A stretch of 63,516 bases of DNA, the filler included. It is 7 parts of 7 records of this genome, joined end to end, with 100 filler letters (N's around TTAATTAATTAA, not from the genome) between each part and the next. Parts side by side here need not be neighbours in the genome. Positions count along the whole stretch, not along the records: positions 1 to 15,974 come from SRR20825019_1602; positions 16,075 to 22,660 come from SRR20825019_1608; 5 more parts are not named here. One strand, 5' to 3'. The first letter of the stretch is position 1. Each line of letters opens with the position of its first letter. The translations under genes were made by a program, and so were the position numbers. Below are positions 10,455 through 19,498 of the stretch, in pieces. Below the pieces are notes generated by a model. That model had not been told where the DNA came from, searched no databases, and saw only the letters and a program-made list of their open reading frames with translations.

Positions 10455-11021
10455 GTGAAACTGAATATCATCATCGGCAGCACCCGCCCCGGCCGCGTCA
10501 ACCCGACAATCGCCAAATGGGTGGACCAGGTGGCCCGTGAGCACGGCAAATTCGACGTCGAACTCGTCGACCTCGCCGATTTCAACCTTCCGCTGCTCGA
10601 TGAAGCCGCCCATCCGCGCATGCAGAAATACGAGCACGACCATACGAAGACGTGGAGCGCCAGCGTCGCATCCGCCGATGCCTATGTGTTCGTGACGCCG
10701 GAATATGACTACTTCCCGTCCGCGGCGTTGATAAATGCGGTCCAGGCGCTCTCGCTCGAATGGAACTACAAGCCGGCCGGAATCGTCAGCTATGGCGGCA
10801 TTTCGGGCGGACTTCGCGCGTCTCAGACCCTGCGCCAGCTTCTCGGGAACGTCAACGTTCACGCGATACCGCAGGCCGTTCCGGTTCCGATGTTCCCGAA
10901 GTTCATCAGCGAGGACGGCGTATTCACAGCCAACGACGAAATGAATGCCGGCGTCACGGGCATGCTGAACGAGTTGTTCAAGTGGGCCGGCCCGCTGGCG
11001 ACCATCCGCAGCGCCGGTTGA
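10455..11021 (+). CDS. NADPH-dependent FMN reductase
   Basis: IIGSTRPGR, ADAYVFVTPEYD, VSYGGISGG; AGGAG RBS before the GTG at 10455. Confidence 0.93.
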   Translation: MKLNIIIGSTRPGRVNPTIAKWVDQVAREHGKFDVELVDLADFNLPLLDEAAHPRMQKYEHDHTKTWSASVASADAYVFVTPEYDYFPSAALINAVQALSLEWNYKPAGIVSYGGISGGLRASQTLRQLLGNVNVHAIPQAVPVPMFPKFISEDGVFTANDEMNAGVTGMLNELFKWAGPLATIRSAG

Positions 11022-11140
11022 TTCGACTGCGCCCCGGCCCGGACGGCGGCTTCCGACGCTTTTGCTTCCGCCGCGATCGTGACAATCGCAAAAAGTTCAC
11101 ACGTCAGAAGCAAATCAGTCATAAATGAAGTGGATACCCG

Positions 11141-11170
11141 CGCCCGCCGCTTGAAACCGGCGGGCGTTTT
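11141..11170 (+). terminator. rho-independent terminator
   Basis: CGCCCGCCG-N8-CGGCGGGCG followed by TTTT. Confidence 0.65.
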
Positions 11171-11206
11171 GGCATTCTGCACCCCGTCGGAGGCCCGGTA
11201 GGAGGA

Positions 11207-11887
11207 ATGACAATGGACATTCGCCGCATGAAAGTCTGGTTGCTTGGCTCCGATGAGCCCGTGCCGTTCGATCCCCGGCAGACACAGCCCGATTGCCTCT
11301 GTCTTCCCGTTGCCGGCGAGACGGATCTTCCCGGCCGCGTCGCGTCGCTTCGAAGCCTGTTGCCGTCGCTCCCGATCTTCCTGATCTGCGAGCCGATCTC
11401 CAAGGCCTACAATATCGCGGATTTTTCCGGGGCCGCGAAATGCGCGCCGGACGGCATCATTCTGCGCGGCGTCGAAAGCGCCGCCCGCATCCAGATGGCC
11501 GAGACGCTGCTGCGAGTCGTCGAGGCGCGTGAAGGTCTGACCGAGAACTCGATCGCGTTGATCGCGATGATCGGCGACAATGGCGGCGGTCTGCTGAACG
11601 CCCGCCATTTCGTTCACAGGATGGGCCGGCTGATCGCGCTCGGCTACGATGCCGAACCGCTGGAGGACGAAGCGATCGACAGCGACATCGCACGCCACGG
11701 CGCGGTGACGACCATGCTGGCGGCGCGCAATCTCGGCATACCGGCAATCGACTTCACCGGTGCATGCAGCGCCACGGCGGCCTTCAGGACCGCCTGCCAC
11801 CAGTCCGCCCGCACCGGCTTTGCCGGCAAGCTGACCGGCAATCCCGAGCATATCGGCATCATCAAACACGCCTTCGGCGCGGCCTGA
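11207..11887 (+). CDS. HpcH/HpaI aldolase/citrate lyase (CitE)-like protein, degenerate active site
   Basis: PDGIIL..VES, LRVVEAREGL...IALIAMI, AARNLGIPAID, GFAGKL; strong AGGAGG RBS. Confidence 0.75.
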   Translation: MTMDIRRMKVWLLGSDEPVPFDPRQTQPDCLCLPVAGETDLPGRVASLRSLLPSLPIFLICEPISKAYNIADFSGAAKCAPDGIILRGVESAARIQMAETLLRVVEAREGLTENSIALIAMIGDNGGGLLNARHFVHRMGRLIALGYDAEPLEDEAIDSDIARHGAVTTMLAARNLGIPAIDFTGACSATAAFRTACHQSARTGFAGKLTGNPEHIGIIKHAFGAA

Positions 11888-12065
11888 AACAGCCTGGCAA
11901 AAGCTGCTGCCCGCCGGTTGCGCGGATTGCCTTGTCCGGAAGAGCGTGTCCCGTTCAGCCCCGGTCGCGCGAGCCGATCCACCCGATCGGCCGCGGCACG
12001 ACGATGGCCTTGAACGGATCGTGCGGCAGGCCATGCGCGTTGGCGTCGGTCGGGTAGAACACGGG

Positions 12066-12662
12066 TCAGGCCTCGCCGCGCCAGGTGACGATATCCTCGA
12101 GCGCCGGCCGCACGCGCTCGAACGGCGCCTCCGTGCGGGTGCCGATATGGATGAAGCCGGCGATCTTCTCTTCCGGCCCAACGCCCAGCGCCGGCTTGGC
12201 GCGCTCGTCGAAGGCGTACCACTCGGTCAACCAGGTAGCGCCGTAACCGAACGCATTGGCGGCGACCACGAGATTGTAGCAGACCGCCCCCGCCGACATC
12301 ACCTGCTCCCATTCCGGGATCTTGGGGTGAACCGCAGCCCTGCTGATGACGGCAATCACCAGCGGCGCGCGCGACAGGCGTTCGCGCTCCAGCGTCAGCC
12401 GCTCCGGCGAGGCCTCGGGATCGTCTGCCTTTACGATATCGGCCAGCTTCTCGCCAGCCTCCTCGCGCGCGGAACCGGCAAAAACGATAAAACGCCATGG
12501 CGCCAGCTTGCCGTGATCGGGAATGCGGGCGGCGATGGTCAACATCTCCTCGATCTCGTTGCGGCCGGGACCTGGCGCGGCAAGCTGGAGCACCGGGGTC
12601 GAGCGACGGGTTTTCAGGAAATCGACGAGGGCGTCATTCTTGGCATTCACGGCAGGCCTCAT
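12066..12662 (-). CDS. nitroreductase family protein (YdjA-like)
   Basis: RRS, AARIPDHGKLAPWRF, PEWEQVMSAGA, GYGATWLT, IAGFIHIG. Confidence 0.93.
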   Translation of the reverse strand: MRPAVNAKNDALVDFLKTRRSTPVLQLAAPGPGRNEIEEMLTIAARIPDHGKLAPWRFIVFAGSAREEAGEKLADIVKADDPEASPERLTLERERLSRAPLVIAVISRAAVHPKIPEWEQVMSAGAVCYNLVVAANAFGYGATWLTEWYAFDERAKPALGVGPEEKIAGFIHIGTRTEAPFERVRPALEDIVTWRGEA

Positions 12663-12771
12663 TCAGTCAAAAAATCATGCGACGCTCTTGAAAACGCCAT
12701 GATATTCGGGTCACAACGCAATCGAACATTGAAGTGAACACTTGCGCCATGCAAGTCAACCGGCGAGCAGC

Positions 12772-13731
12772 ATGTTTCCGCACAGAACGCCCAGACATCA
12801 ATCCCTTCGGCCCCTCGCCACCGTCCTGGCCGGGTTGATGCTGGCCGCACCGTCAGCAACGTTGGCCCAGAGCAAGCCATCGGTCCATTCCGATGATCCC
12901 TTCTCGTTGATGCGGGGTACGCAACAGCCCGGAGAAAAGCGACCGGTCAAGCTCGAGGCGCGGCTGGCCGAGAGCGGCAATGTGATGCGCGACGGCCTGT
13001 TCTGGCGCGTTTTCACCACCATTCCAGACACCAGCGGCCGGCTGCGACTGGTTGCGTCGGCCGAGGGCGGCAGCAAGACCATCGAGCTTTCCCCCGGAGA
13101 TTATTTCATCAACTGCGCCTTCGGCCGGGCGTCGGCAACGCGCAAGGTGCGCATCGCCCACGAGGTCGGGACCACTGAGCAGATTTCGTTCGTGCTGAAT
13201 GCCGGCGGACTGATGCTGAATGCCCGGCTTGGCGATGGCAGGCCCGCCAGGGCCGAGGAACTGAGCTTCTCGGTCTATCAAGACAATGGCGACCGCCGCG
13301 AACTGGTGGCCGAGCATATCGCCCCCGGCAGCATTCTGCGCCTGCGCGCCGGCACCTATGACGTGATATCTTCCTATGGAACGCTCAATGCCGAAACCCA
13401 TGCCAGGCTCAAGGTCAAGGCCGGCGAGATCACCGATGCCAAGCTGAAGGTCAGCGCCGCGCAGGTTACCCTGAAGCTCGCGGGCGAAACCGGAGGAGAA
13501 GCGCTCGCCGACACGGCCTGGACCATACTGGGCGCATCGGGCGACGTGCTGACCGAAAGCGGCAGCGCGATGCCAACGATGATCCTTGCCGAAGGCAGCT
13601 ACACCGCCGTTGCCCGCAACCAGGACAGCCTCTACGAGAAGACCTTCACCGTCGCCGCCAGTGGCGCCGAGGATGTCGAATTGCTCCTGTCCGAAAACAG
13701 GGCGACCACCGATACCGATGGATTCGACTAG
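12772..13731 (+). CDS. conserved hypothetical exported protein (three repeated beta-rich domains)
   Basis: Signal peptide; three internal L.PG.Y / L.AG.Y / L.EG.Y segments; start uncertain (12742-12838). Confidence 0.75.
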   Translation: MFPHRTPRHQSLRPLATVLAGLMLAAPSATLAQSKPSVHSDDPFSLMRGTQQPGEKRPVKLEARLAESGNVMRDGLFWRVFTTIPDTSGRLRLVASAEGGSKTIELSPGDYFINCAFGRASATRKVRIAHEVGTTEQISFVLNAGGLMLNARLGDGRPARAEELSFSVYQDNGDRRELVAEHIAPGSILRLRAGTYDVISSYGTLNAETHARLKVKAGEITDAKLKVSAAQVTLKLAGETGGEALADTAWTILGASGDVLTESGSAMPTMILAEGSYTAVARNQDSLYEKTFTVAASGAEDVELLLSENRATTDTDGFD

Positions 13732-13837
13732 CGCACCGGCGCGAAAATCGGAATCGGTTTTCAGACAGAACGATCGGCAGATTCAATAAGTTAGAGCGTC
13801 CTTTGTACGTCCGAAGGGATGCACAAAGGACGCTCTA
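13728..13837. repeat. RIME-like rhizobial intergenic mosaic element
   Basis: GAAAATCG-GAAT-CGGTTTTC hairpin (13743-13762) plus perfect 15-bp IR TAGAGCGTCCTTTGT (13792-13806)/ACAAAGGACGCTCTA (13823-13837); two-palindrome ~110-bp layout like rhizobial RIMEs. Confidence 0.7.
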
Positions 13838-13968
13838 TAATTTCATCAAAGGACAGATCAGCCCGCAGCCGCTCGCCCAAACTCTGCTTGCCGAGGATTT
13901 GGTGACTGCCCCCTGTTGCCGAAACAAATCTTGGGATATTGTGGTCGCCAATCGCGGGGGGCCGAAAT

Positions 13969-14823
13969 GTGCTGATATATGCAATCAATCTTCGACAGCA
14001 TGCCGACAGGCGTGACCATCTCGCAGGCGCATTCGGTGCGGCCGGCCTTGCCGTCGAATGGATCGATGCGGTTGATGGCCGCACGGTTTGCGGCGATGAG
14101 ATCGCCAGGCGCGGCAGCTATCCAAAAGCAGGGAGCTACGCTCTCACCCCCACCCAGTACGGTTGCTATCTCAGCCACGTCAAATGCTGGCAGGCATTCC
14201 TGGAAACCGGAGCGCCGCTCGTCGCGATCTTCGAGGACGATGTCCATCTGGCCGAGGACATCGGCGTCTTTCTGGAACAGGCGGAAAGCTGGTTTCCCGA
14301 GGACGGGGACATCGTCAAACTGGAAACCTGCCTCCAGCCCGTTCGTCTCGAAAACCACCCCGCGGACACGGTTTTCGGGCGCGAGCTTTTTCGTCTGCGG
14401 TCCCGACACCTTGGTGCGGCCGCCTATATTCTCAACCGAAAAGGCGCCCGCAAGCTTTTGGAAAACAGTGATAAATTGGCGATGGGCGTGGATGCGGTCA
14501 TGTTCAATCCGCGCCCTCGACAGAAGCACGAAATGGTCAATTACCAGATCGATCCCGCGATCTGCATTCAGGATGACATCGCCTATCGCTGCGGCCTGCC
14601 GCGCTTGGGTTTTTGTTCGGACAACCCGGTTCCGAAAAACCGGAAATCCCATGGAACAAATGCCGCCGAATATGCTCTCTATGTGGTGCGCGACGGCCTT
14701 CGTCGACTGCGATTTTGGCTGAGATACAAGACTGGCGGCTACTGCAAGCGCGTTGTCGACTTTCGCCGATGTGCTGCTTCGTCTTGCCAGCGCACGACCC
14801 CGCGCTATAAAACAGCGATATAG
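13969..14823 (+). CDS. glycosyltransferase family 25 protein
   Basis: YAINL..HADRR, IDAVDG, GCYLSH, IFEDD, AAAYILNRKGARKL; GTG start. Confidence 0.92.
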   Translation: MLIYAINLRQHADRRDHLAGAFGAAGLAVEWIDAVDGRTVCGDEIARRGSYPKAGSYALTPTQYGCYLSHVKCWQAFLETGAPLVAIFEDDVHLAEDIGVFLEQAESWFPEDGDIVKLETCLQPVRLENHPADTVFGRELFRLRSRHLGAAAYILNRKGARKLLENSDKLAMGVDAVMFNPRPRQKHEMVNYQIDPAICIQDDIAYRCGLPRLGFCSDNPVPKNRKSHGTNAAEYALYVVRDGLRRLRFWLRYKTGGYCKRVVDFRRCAASSCQRTTPRYKTAI

Positions 14824-14948
14824 TTCCCGAGCAATCCGCGAATCGCCGGATCGCTCTGTTCCAATGTCTCAGGCAATTCAGAAGGGTGAGCCGTCTTGCC
14901 CGGAATTGCTGCACAGGCGACATTCACTCGTCGGCGCGAAAGGGCACT

Positions 14949-15743
14949 GTGCTCACATTCGTCATCAATCTGGACCGGGATACAGCAAGGCTGGAGCGTA
15001 TCGAGGCCCTGCTTGCCGCGCGCGCCGTTCCCTTCACCCGCGTTCAGGCTGTTGAAGGCAGATCGCTTTCCCAAGCCGATATCGCGAAGATCAGCGCTTA
15101 TCCGACCCCGGTCAGCGTCCGGCTGCAAGCCGGCGAGATCGCCTGCTATCTGAGTCATATCAAAGCCTGGCGGATGCTGCTCGAAAGCGACGAGGATCGC
15201 GCCGCCATTTTCGAGGACGATATAGACGTCAGCGTTGATGCGGCAGATATCCTGGCCGGGATCGCCGACTGGATGCCGGACGACGCCGACATCCTCAAAC
15301 TCGAAACCAGCCTGAAGCCGGTGGAGATTGCATCGGGTCTGGAAACAACCATTCGCGACCGCGAGGTCCGGCGTCTTGCAGGGTGCCATATCGGCACCGC
15401 CGGCTATGTCATCTCACGCAAGGGAGCCGCCCGCATGGTGGCCGAAAGCGAACGGCTGAAAATGGCGGTGGATACCATGCTGTTCGACCCCCGCGGCGGC
15501 GTTGCCGAAACGCTGTCGCTGTTCCAGCTCTCTCCCGCGCTCTGTATCCAGGCGCATATTCAAACCACCGGCGAACGCGCAATCGAAAGCAGTATTTCCG
15601 GACGCGCCGACCACAAGTCGTACGGCGCAACGCTTGGCGAACAATTGGCGAACAGGGTGCGGGACAGACTGGCCTATGCGTCCCGCAAACTACGCAATCT
15701 CGCCGGCGGCGCGCGCGCCAGGAAAATCGAGTTCAAGCCATGA
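14949..15743 (+). CDS. glycosyltransferase family 25 protein
   Basis: FVINLDRD..R, VQAVEG, EIACYLSH, IFEDD, TAGYVISRKGA; tandem paralog of the preceding gene. Confidence 0.92.
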   Translation: MLTFVINLDRDTARLERIEALLAARAVPFTRVQAVEGRSLSQADIAKISAYPTPVSVRLQAGEIACYLSHIKAWRMLLESDEDRAAIFEDDIDVSVDAADILAGIADWMPDDADILKLETSLKPVEIASGLETTIRDREVRRLAGCHIGTAGYVISRKGAARMVAESERLKMAVDTMLFDPRGGVAETLSLFQLSPALCIQAHIQTTGERAIESSISGRADHKSYGATLGEQLANRVRDRLAYASRKLRNLAGGARARKIEFKP

Positions 15744-15768
15744 AAAAGGCGGGGCCAAAAGCCCCGCC
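15743..15768 (-). terminator. rho-independent terminator of thrS (possibly bidirectional)
   Basis: GGCGGGGC-CAAAA-GCCCCGCC preceded by AAAAA (U tract on the minus strand). Confidence 0.75.
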
Positions 15769-15772
15769 CCGG

Positions 15773-15973
15773 TCATGACGCCCGCTTGCGCTTGAGATCG
15801 GGCGGGGTTGCCTCGTCAATCAGCAATGCCAGCGCATCATCGAGCGACATCGCCTGCTGGTCGCGAGAGCCGAGGCGGCGGATGTTGACCGTCTCTTCTT
15901 CCGCTTCGCGCATGCCGCAGACGAGGATGACCGGCACCTTGCCGACCGAGTGCTCGCGCACCTTGTAGTTGAT
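15773..15973 (-). CDS. thrS: threonyl-tRNA synthetase, 3' fragment (contig end)
   Basis: [36 protein letters not shown] anticodon-binding domain. Confidence 0.92.
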   Translation of the reverse strand: MNYKVREHSVGKVPVILVCGMREAEEETVNIRRLGSRDQQAMSLDDALALLIDEATPPDLKRKRAS

Positions 15974-15974
15974 C

Positions 15975-16074
15975 NNNNNNNNNNNNNNNNNNNNNNNNNN
16001 NNNNNNNNNNNNNNNNNNTTAATTAATTAANNNNNNNNNNNNNNNNNNNNNNNNNNNNNNNNNNNNNNNNNNNN
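15975..16074. other. artificial contig linker
   Basis: N44-TTAATTAATTAA-N44; stops in all six frames. Confidence 0.99.
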
Positions 16075-16075
16075 C

Positions 16076-16468
16076 CGACTTGCGGCTGCTGGTGCGCGCG
16101 GTGTTGCGACGGTTGACCGCAATAGCCAGATTCAGGCCCCCAGCGAACATTACACTTATGACCCCGATAATGACGGTATCCTGTTCAATGCCTATATCGA
16201 CGGCAAAGGCAAACAGCAATCCGGGCAGGGAAGTGCGGGTGATCAGAAAGACCAGCGCGCCGAACAAAGTCGTCTGTCGGCAGCTCGTCGGGCAAGCGAC
16301 CGCGAAGGTGCGATTTCACCCGAAAGCGATATCGATTTCGCAAGCCTTCTTGATCCGGAAATTCCATTCGATCTAAGCGCGAATAGCGGAACATCATTCT
16401 ATGCGGTGGTTAATGCTGTTGTGCATGGTGCGGGTATTCGCGGCACACGGGTTGATGCCTATATCTGA
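16076..16468 (+). CDS. hypothetical protein, 3' fragment (absent from ORF track)
   Basis: Open frame from the contig edge: RLAAAGARGVATVDRNSQIQAPSEHYTYDPDNDGILFNAYIDG...AVVHGAGIRGTRVDAYI*; natural codon usage. Confidence 0.65.
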   Translation, partial: RLAAAGARGVATVDRNSQIQAPSEHYTYDPDNDGILFNAYIDGKGKQQSGQGSAGDQKDQRAEQSRLSAARRASDREGAISPESDIDFASLLDPEIPFDLSANSGTSFYAVVNAVVHGAGIRGTRVDAYI

Positions 16469-16580
16469 TCGCCTGCCGGATTTCCTTGAAAAGTGAATAC
16501 ATTCCGTTCCGGTCCTTGTTGTCGTGCCCAAGCGGCATTATGATCGTGATCCGCCATGCGTTTCGTTTGCTGGATCAGAT

Positions 16581-17123
16581 ATGCAGAACAAGCCGGTCCT
16601 TAATTCCGTATTCGAAGCCGTTTTTCGCCTGATTGATCATGCATTAAACGACAACGAATATCTGCAACCGCAAAAGCTTCATCGTCTGCTGTATCTGGCG
16701 CAGGCCTATTACGGGGCCAATTATCACGGTCGCATGTTGATGCCCGCTGTTTTCATCGCAGATGATATTGGTCCGATTGAACCGAACGTCTATGCCGTCA
16801 TGGAAGAAAGTCGACCGGATGTGCGGCTTAAATCGGTTGATCCCAAAACGCAGCATTTTATCGAAAGTATCTGGTCGCAGTTTGGTCATCACTCTGTCGA
16901 ACATCTTAGCGAAACCGTGCGCAATCATCCGCCTTATCTTGATGCATATAAACAGGGGCCGGGGACAGTGATCCCGTTTCAGGTGATGGTGGATTTCTAT
17001 GCCTCGGTCCGTAAAAGTGCCACCACCCCTGAGGCAAAAGAAGTTGTCCGCCCGCGTGTCATGCGTTCGCATAAGGGCAAACCGGTTGCGACCACCGATT
17101 GGTTGCCCCGTCGAATCAAATAA
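16581..17123 (+). CDS. Panacea (DUF4065/SocA-like) domain protein
   Basis: LQPQKLHRLLYLAQAYY...LMPAVFIADDIGPIEPNVY...IWSQFGHHSVEHLSE matches the KLxKLLY/GPV.P.VY signature. Confidence 0.85.
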   Translation: MQNKPVLNSVFEAVFRLIDHALNDNEYLQPQKLHRLLYLAQAYYGANYHGRMLMPAVFIADDIGPIEPNVYAVMEESRPDVRLKSVDPKTQHFIESIWSQFGHHSVEHLSETVRNHPPYLDAYKQGPGTVIPFQVMVDFYASVRKSATTPEAKEVVRPRVMRSHKGKPVATTDWLPRRIK

Positions 17124-17143
17124 TTTTCGGTTTTTGCTCGGAC

Positions 17144-18202
17144 CTATTGTCCAATCTGAATGTCTTCGCACGGATCGGCACGTGGCAGATCATTTGTGAA
17201 CCACATGAAATCCGCCACATTTTCTGATCCCATCCGAAGCGCATAATCACGCACACCAGGAAGGTCTTCACCCGGGTCATCTGCCTCGACCAGAATGACA
17301 ACTGCAATGTCGTTATCGTCGATATCAGGTGCATAACGCCGCAGATGGTAGGGTACCGCAATGTCATCACGCACATGCATGGCACCGGCAATCAGGAATG
17401 CGCCATCCGGGCTAATGGTTTTGTTCGCGTCAATCATTGCGCGCGCAAGCGATGCATCGCGGGCAAACTGCACAAGCGAAAAGGCAGGCAATTGCGATTT
17501 GGGCAACATGTTGCAATGACCGTCTGCAATTTCCTGATCAAATCGTGCAGCAATATCATCGGGTAGCGTCGGCAGGGAGAGCTTTTGCGCAAGCTCGGTC
17601 GGCAGGGCGCTGATACCTTCGTTGATCATGGGCCGCAGGACATCCCGGGGCAGGTTGCCAGCAACCATCGGCAGCCCGTTTTCCTTTGCCGCCTCGGCAA
17701 TCGGGGCATAGTCATGCCATGATGGCCAACCACTTTCGCCCCACTTCATTTCACTGCCAAGTTCCTCGGGTGGTACAGCCTGCCAAGCCAGATCAAGGCT
17801 TTCCTGCTGGTCGCGATCAAACATTTCCCAGACAACTGCACGCTTGGTGCCTTCGCGTTTGCTTAGCGCGCGGACCAATTGTGCCTGATGATGATGATGG
17901 ATCGGATTGTCGTGTTTTTCCCCGATCAGGATAAAACGCGTCCCGGCAAGATGCGAAACCAAGTCGTCAAACATGATATAGCGCTGCCCGGCCATATCGA
18001 AAATCAGTCCCGGTGCCGGGGGCAGGGAATTGGCATCGGGAATATCACGAATGCCTGCCGGTTGGCTTGAGGTGCGGGTTTGCGCCTGCGCCGAACGAAC
18101 CGGAAATTCCGTCGCCGCGATCATTGCTGCAAAAGCAAGACACAGCGAAAGTGATTGTTTGAAACAAGATCGTGTGCGGGCACGAAACACAGTTTTCATC
18201 AC
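17144..18202 (-). CDS. ChaN family protein (haem-uptake, Tiki superfamily)
   Basis: ILIGEKHDNPIHHHHQ, VVWEMF, WPSWHDYAPI, GHCNMLP, QFARDASLA, IAGAMH; signal peptide. Confidence 0.88.
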   Translation of the reverse strand: MMKTVFRARTRSCFKQSLSLCLAFAAMIAATEFPVRSAQAQTRTSSQPAGIRDIPDANSLPPAPGLIFDMAGQRYIMFDDLVSHLAGTRFILIGEKHDNPIHHHHQAQLVRALSKREGTKRAVVWEMFDRDQQESLDLAWQAVPPEELGSEMKWGESGWPSWHDYAPIAEAAKENGLPMVAGNLPRDVLRPMINEGISALPTELAQKLSLPTLPDDIAARFDQEIADGHCNMLPKSQLPAFSLVQFARDASLARAMIDANKTISPDGAFLIAGAMHVRDDIAVPYHLRRYAPDIDDNDIAVVILVEADDPGEDLPGVRDYALRMGSENVADFMWFTNDLPRADPCEDIQIGQ

Positions 18203-18247
18203 GCGTGGAATTTCCAGTCCGTTGATTGGCCGATTTTCATTCCGACT

Positions 18248-19429
18248 TTATTTACTCAAATCCAGGGCGGTTTCAATATCATGGATCAAATCGTGGGCAT
18301 CTTCGATACCGACGGACAAACGCAACAGATCATCGGGCACAGGGCTTGTTGGGCCTTCGACCGATGATCTGTGTTCAATCAGACTTTCGACCCCGCCAAG
18401 TGACGTCGCGCGTTTAAACAGTTTGCACTGATTGTGGAAATCCACGGCCCGTTTGCCGCCGCCCTTGACCCGGATCGACATCATGCCGCCAAATCCGCCG
18501 GTCATCTGACGCTTGGCAATGTCATGGCCGATATGGCTTTCAAGGCCGGGATACTGGACCTGCGCGATTTCAGGGTGGTTTTCGAAATGGCGGGCGATTG
18601 CCATGGCATTGGCACTGGCCCGTTCGACCCGGATTGACAGGGTACGCATACCACGCAAAAGCAGCCATGCTTCGAACACACCCAGAACACCGCCGCCGCC
18701 TGCATGCTGTTTGCAAACGCGTTGCCAGAATTCGCTGTCCTTGTTTGCAGTGGTAAGTGTGCCGGCCAGAACATCACTATGTCCGTTAAGATACTTGGTT
18801 GCCGAATGCATGACGATATCTGCACCCAGTTCAATCGGGCGGGTCAGAAGCGGTGTGGCAACCGTATTGTCAACCGCAACAATCGCCCCGGCCTTGTGCG
18901 CGGCATCGGCAACGGCGGCGATATCGGTGATCTGCCAGTCCGGGTTGGCGGGCGTTTCCAGCCAGACCATTCTGGTTTTGCCCGGCTGGATATGTTTCAC
19001 CCACTGGGCCGTGTCGCCATTATCAACAAAATCAAATGTCAGACCGGCGCGCACACCGCTATCGAGCATGAAGCTGCGCAGCGCCCAATACATTACCTTT
19101 GGCGCGACCACATGATCACCTGGTGATAACGCATGCAGCAAGGCAACGGCTGCGGCCATGCCCGATGCGAAAAGCCGCGTCTGTGCGCCACCTTCGAGCG
19201 CGTCAAGAACCGCACAGGCCTGATCATAGGTCGGGTTGTCGGTGCGAGTATAGCATCGGCCATCGTGATAGCTAAGATCGGTATTGCGTTCGAACGTTGT
19301 CGACGGATAGATCGGCGGGGTGACCGAACGGGTGGTTTCCTCGACCCAGCCCAGGGCCTGAGCCGTGATGGTTGCGGGGTTCTGTTTCTTGTTATCGGCA
19401 GACATGGTGGCACCTGATTTTGTTGTCAT
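18248..19429 (-). CDS. PLP-dependent trans-sulfuration enzyme (cystathionine gamma-synthase/lyase family)
   Basis: YTRTDNPT, FASGMAA, WLETPANP, VDNTVATP, HSATKYLNGHSD, SLGGVESLI, RLSVGIED; alternative start at 19405. Confidence 0.93.
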   Translation of the reverse strand: MTTKSGATMSADNKKQNPATITAQALGWVEETTRSVTPPIYPSTTFERNTDLSYHDGRCYTRTDNPTYDQACAVLDALEGGAQTRLFASGMAAAVALLHALSPGDHVVAPKVMYWALRSFMLDSGVRAGLTFDFVDNGDTAQWVKHIQPGKTRMVWLETPANPDWQITDIAAVADAAHKAGAIVAVDNTVATPLLTRPIELGADIVMHSATKYLNGHSDVLAGTLTTANKDSEFWQRVCKQHAGGGGVLGVFEAWLLLRGMRTLSIRVERASANAMAIARHFENHPEIAQVQYPGLESHIGHDIAKRQMTGGFGGMMSIRVKGGGKRAVDFHNQCKLFKRATSLGGVESLIEHRSSVEGPTSPVPDDLLRLSVGIEDAHDLIHDIETALDLSK

Positions 19430-19498
19430 TTATTGCCGCGCAACATAACGTGGAACACGCCACATCCCAAAACGAAAACAAAAGAACGACTGATTCAG

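Noticed and set aside
16075-16267. Hydrophobic-looking minus-strand ORF (MFGALVFLIT...)
   Set aside because: It is the antisense reading of the longer plus-strand frame 16076-16468, which has better codon usage.
17878-17900. (TGA)n/(CAT)n trinucleotide run as a possible contingency repeat
   Set aside because: It encodes the short His run within the ChaN HDNPxHH motif.
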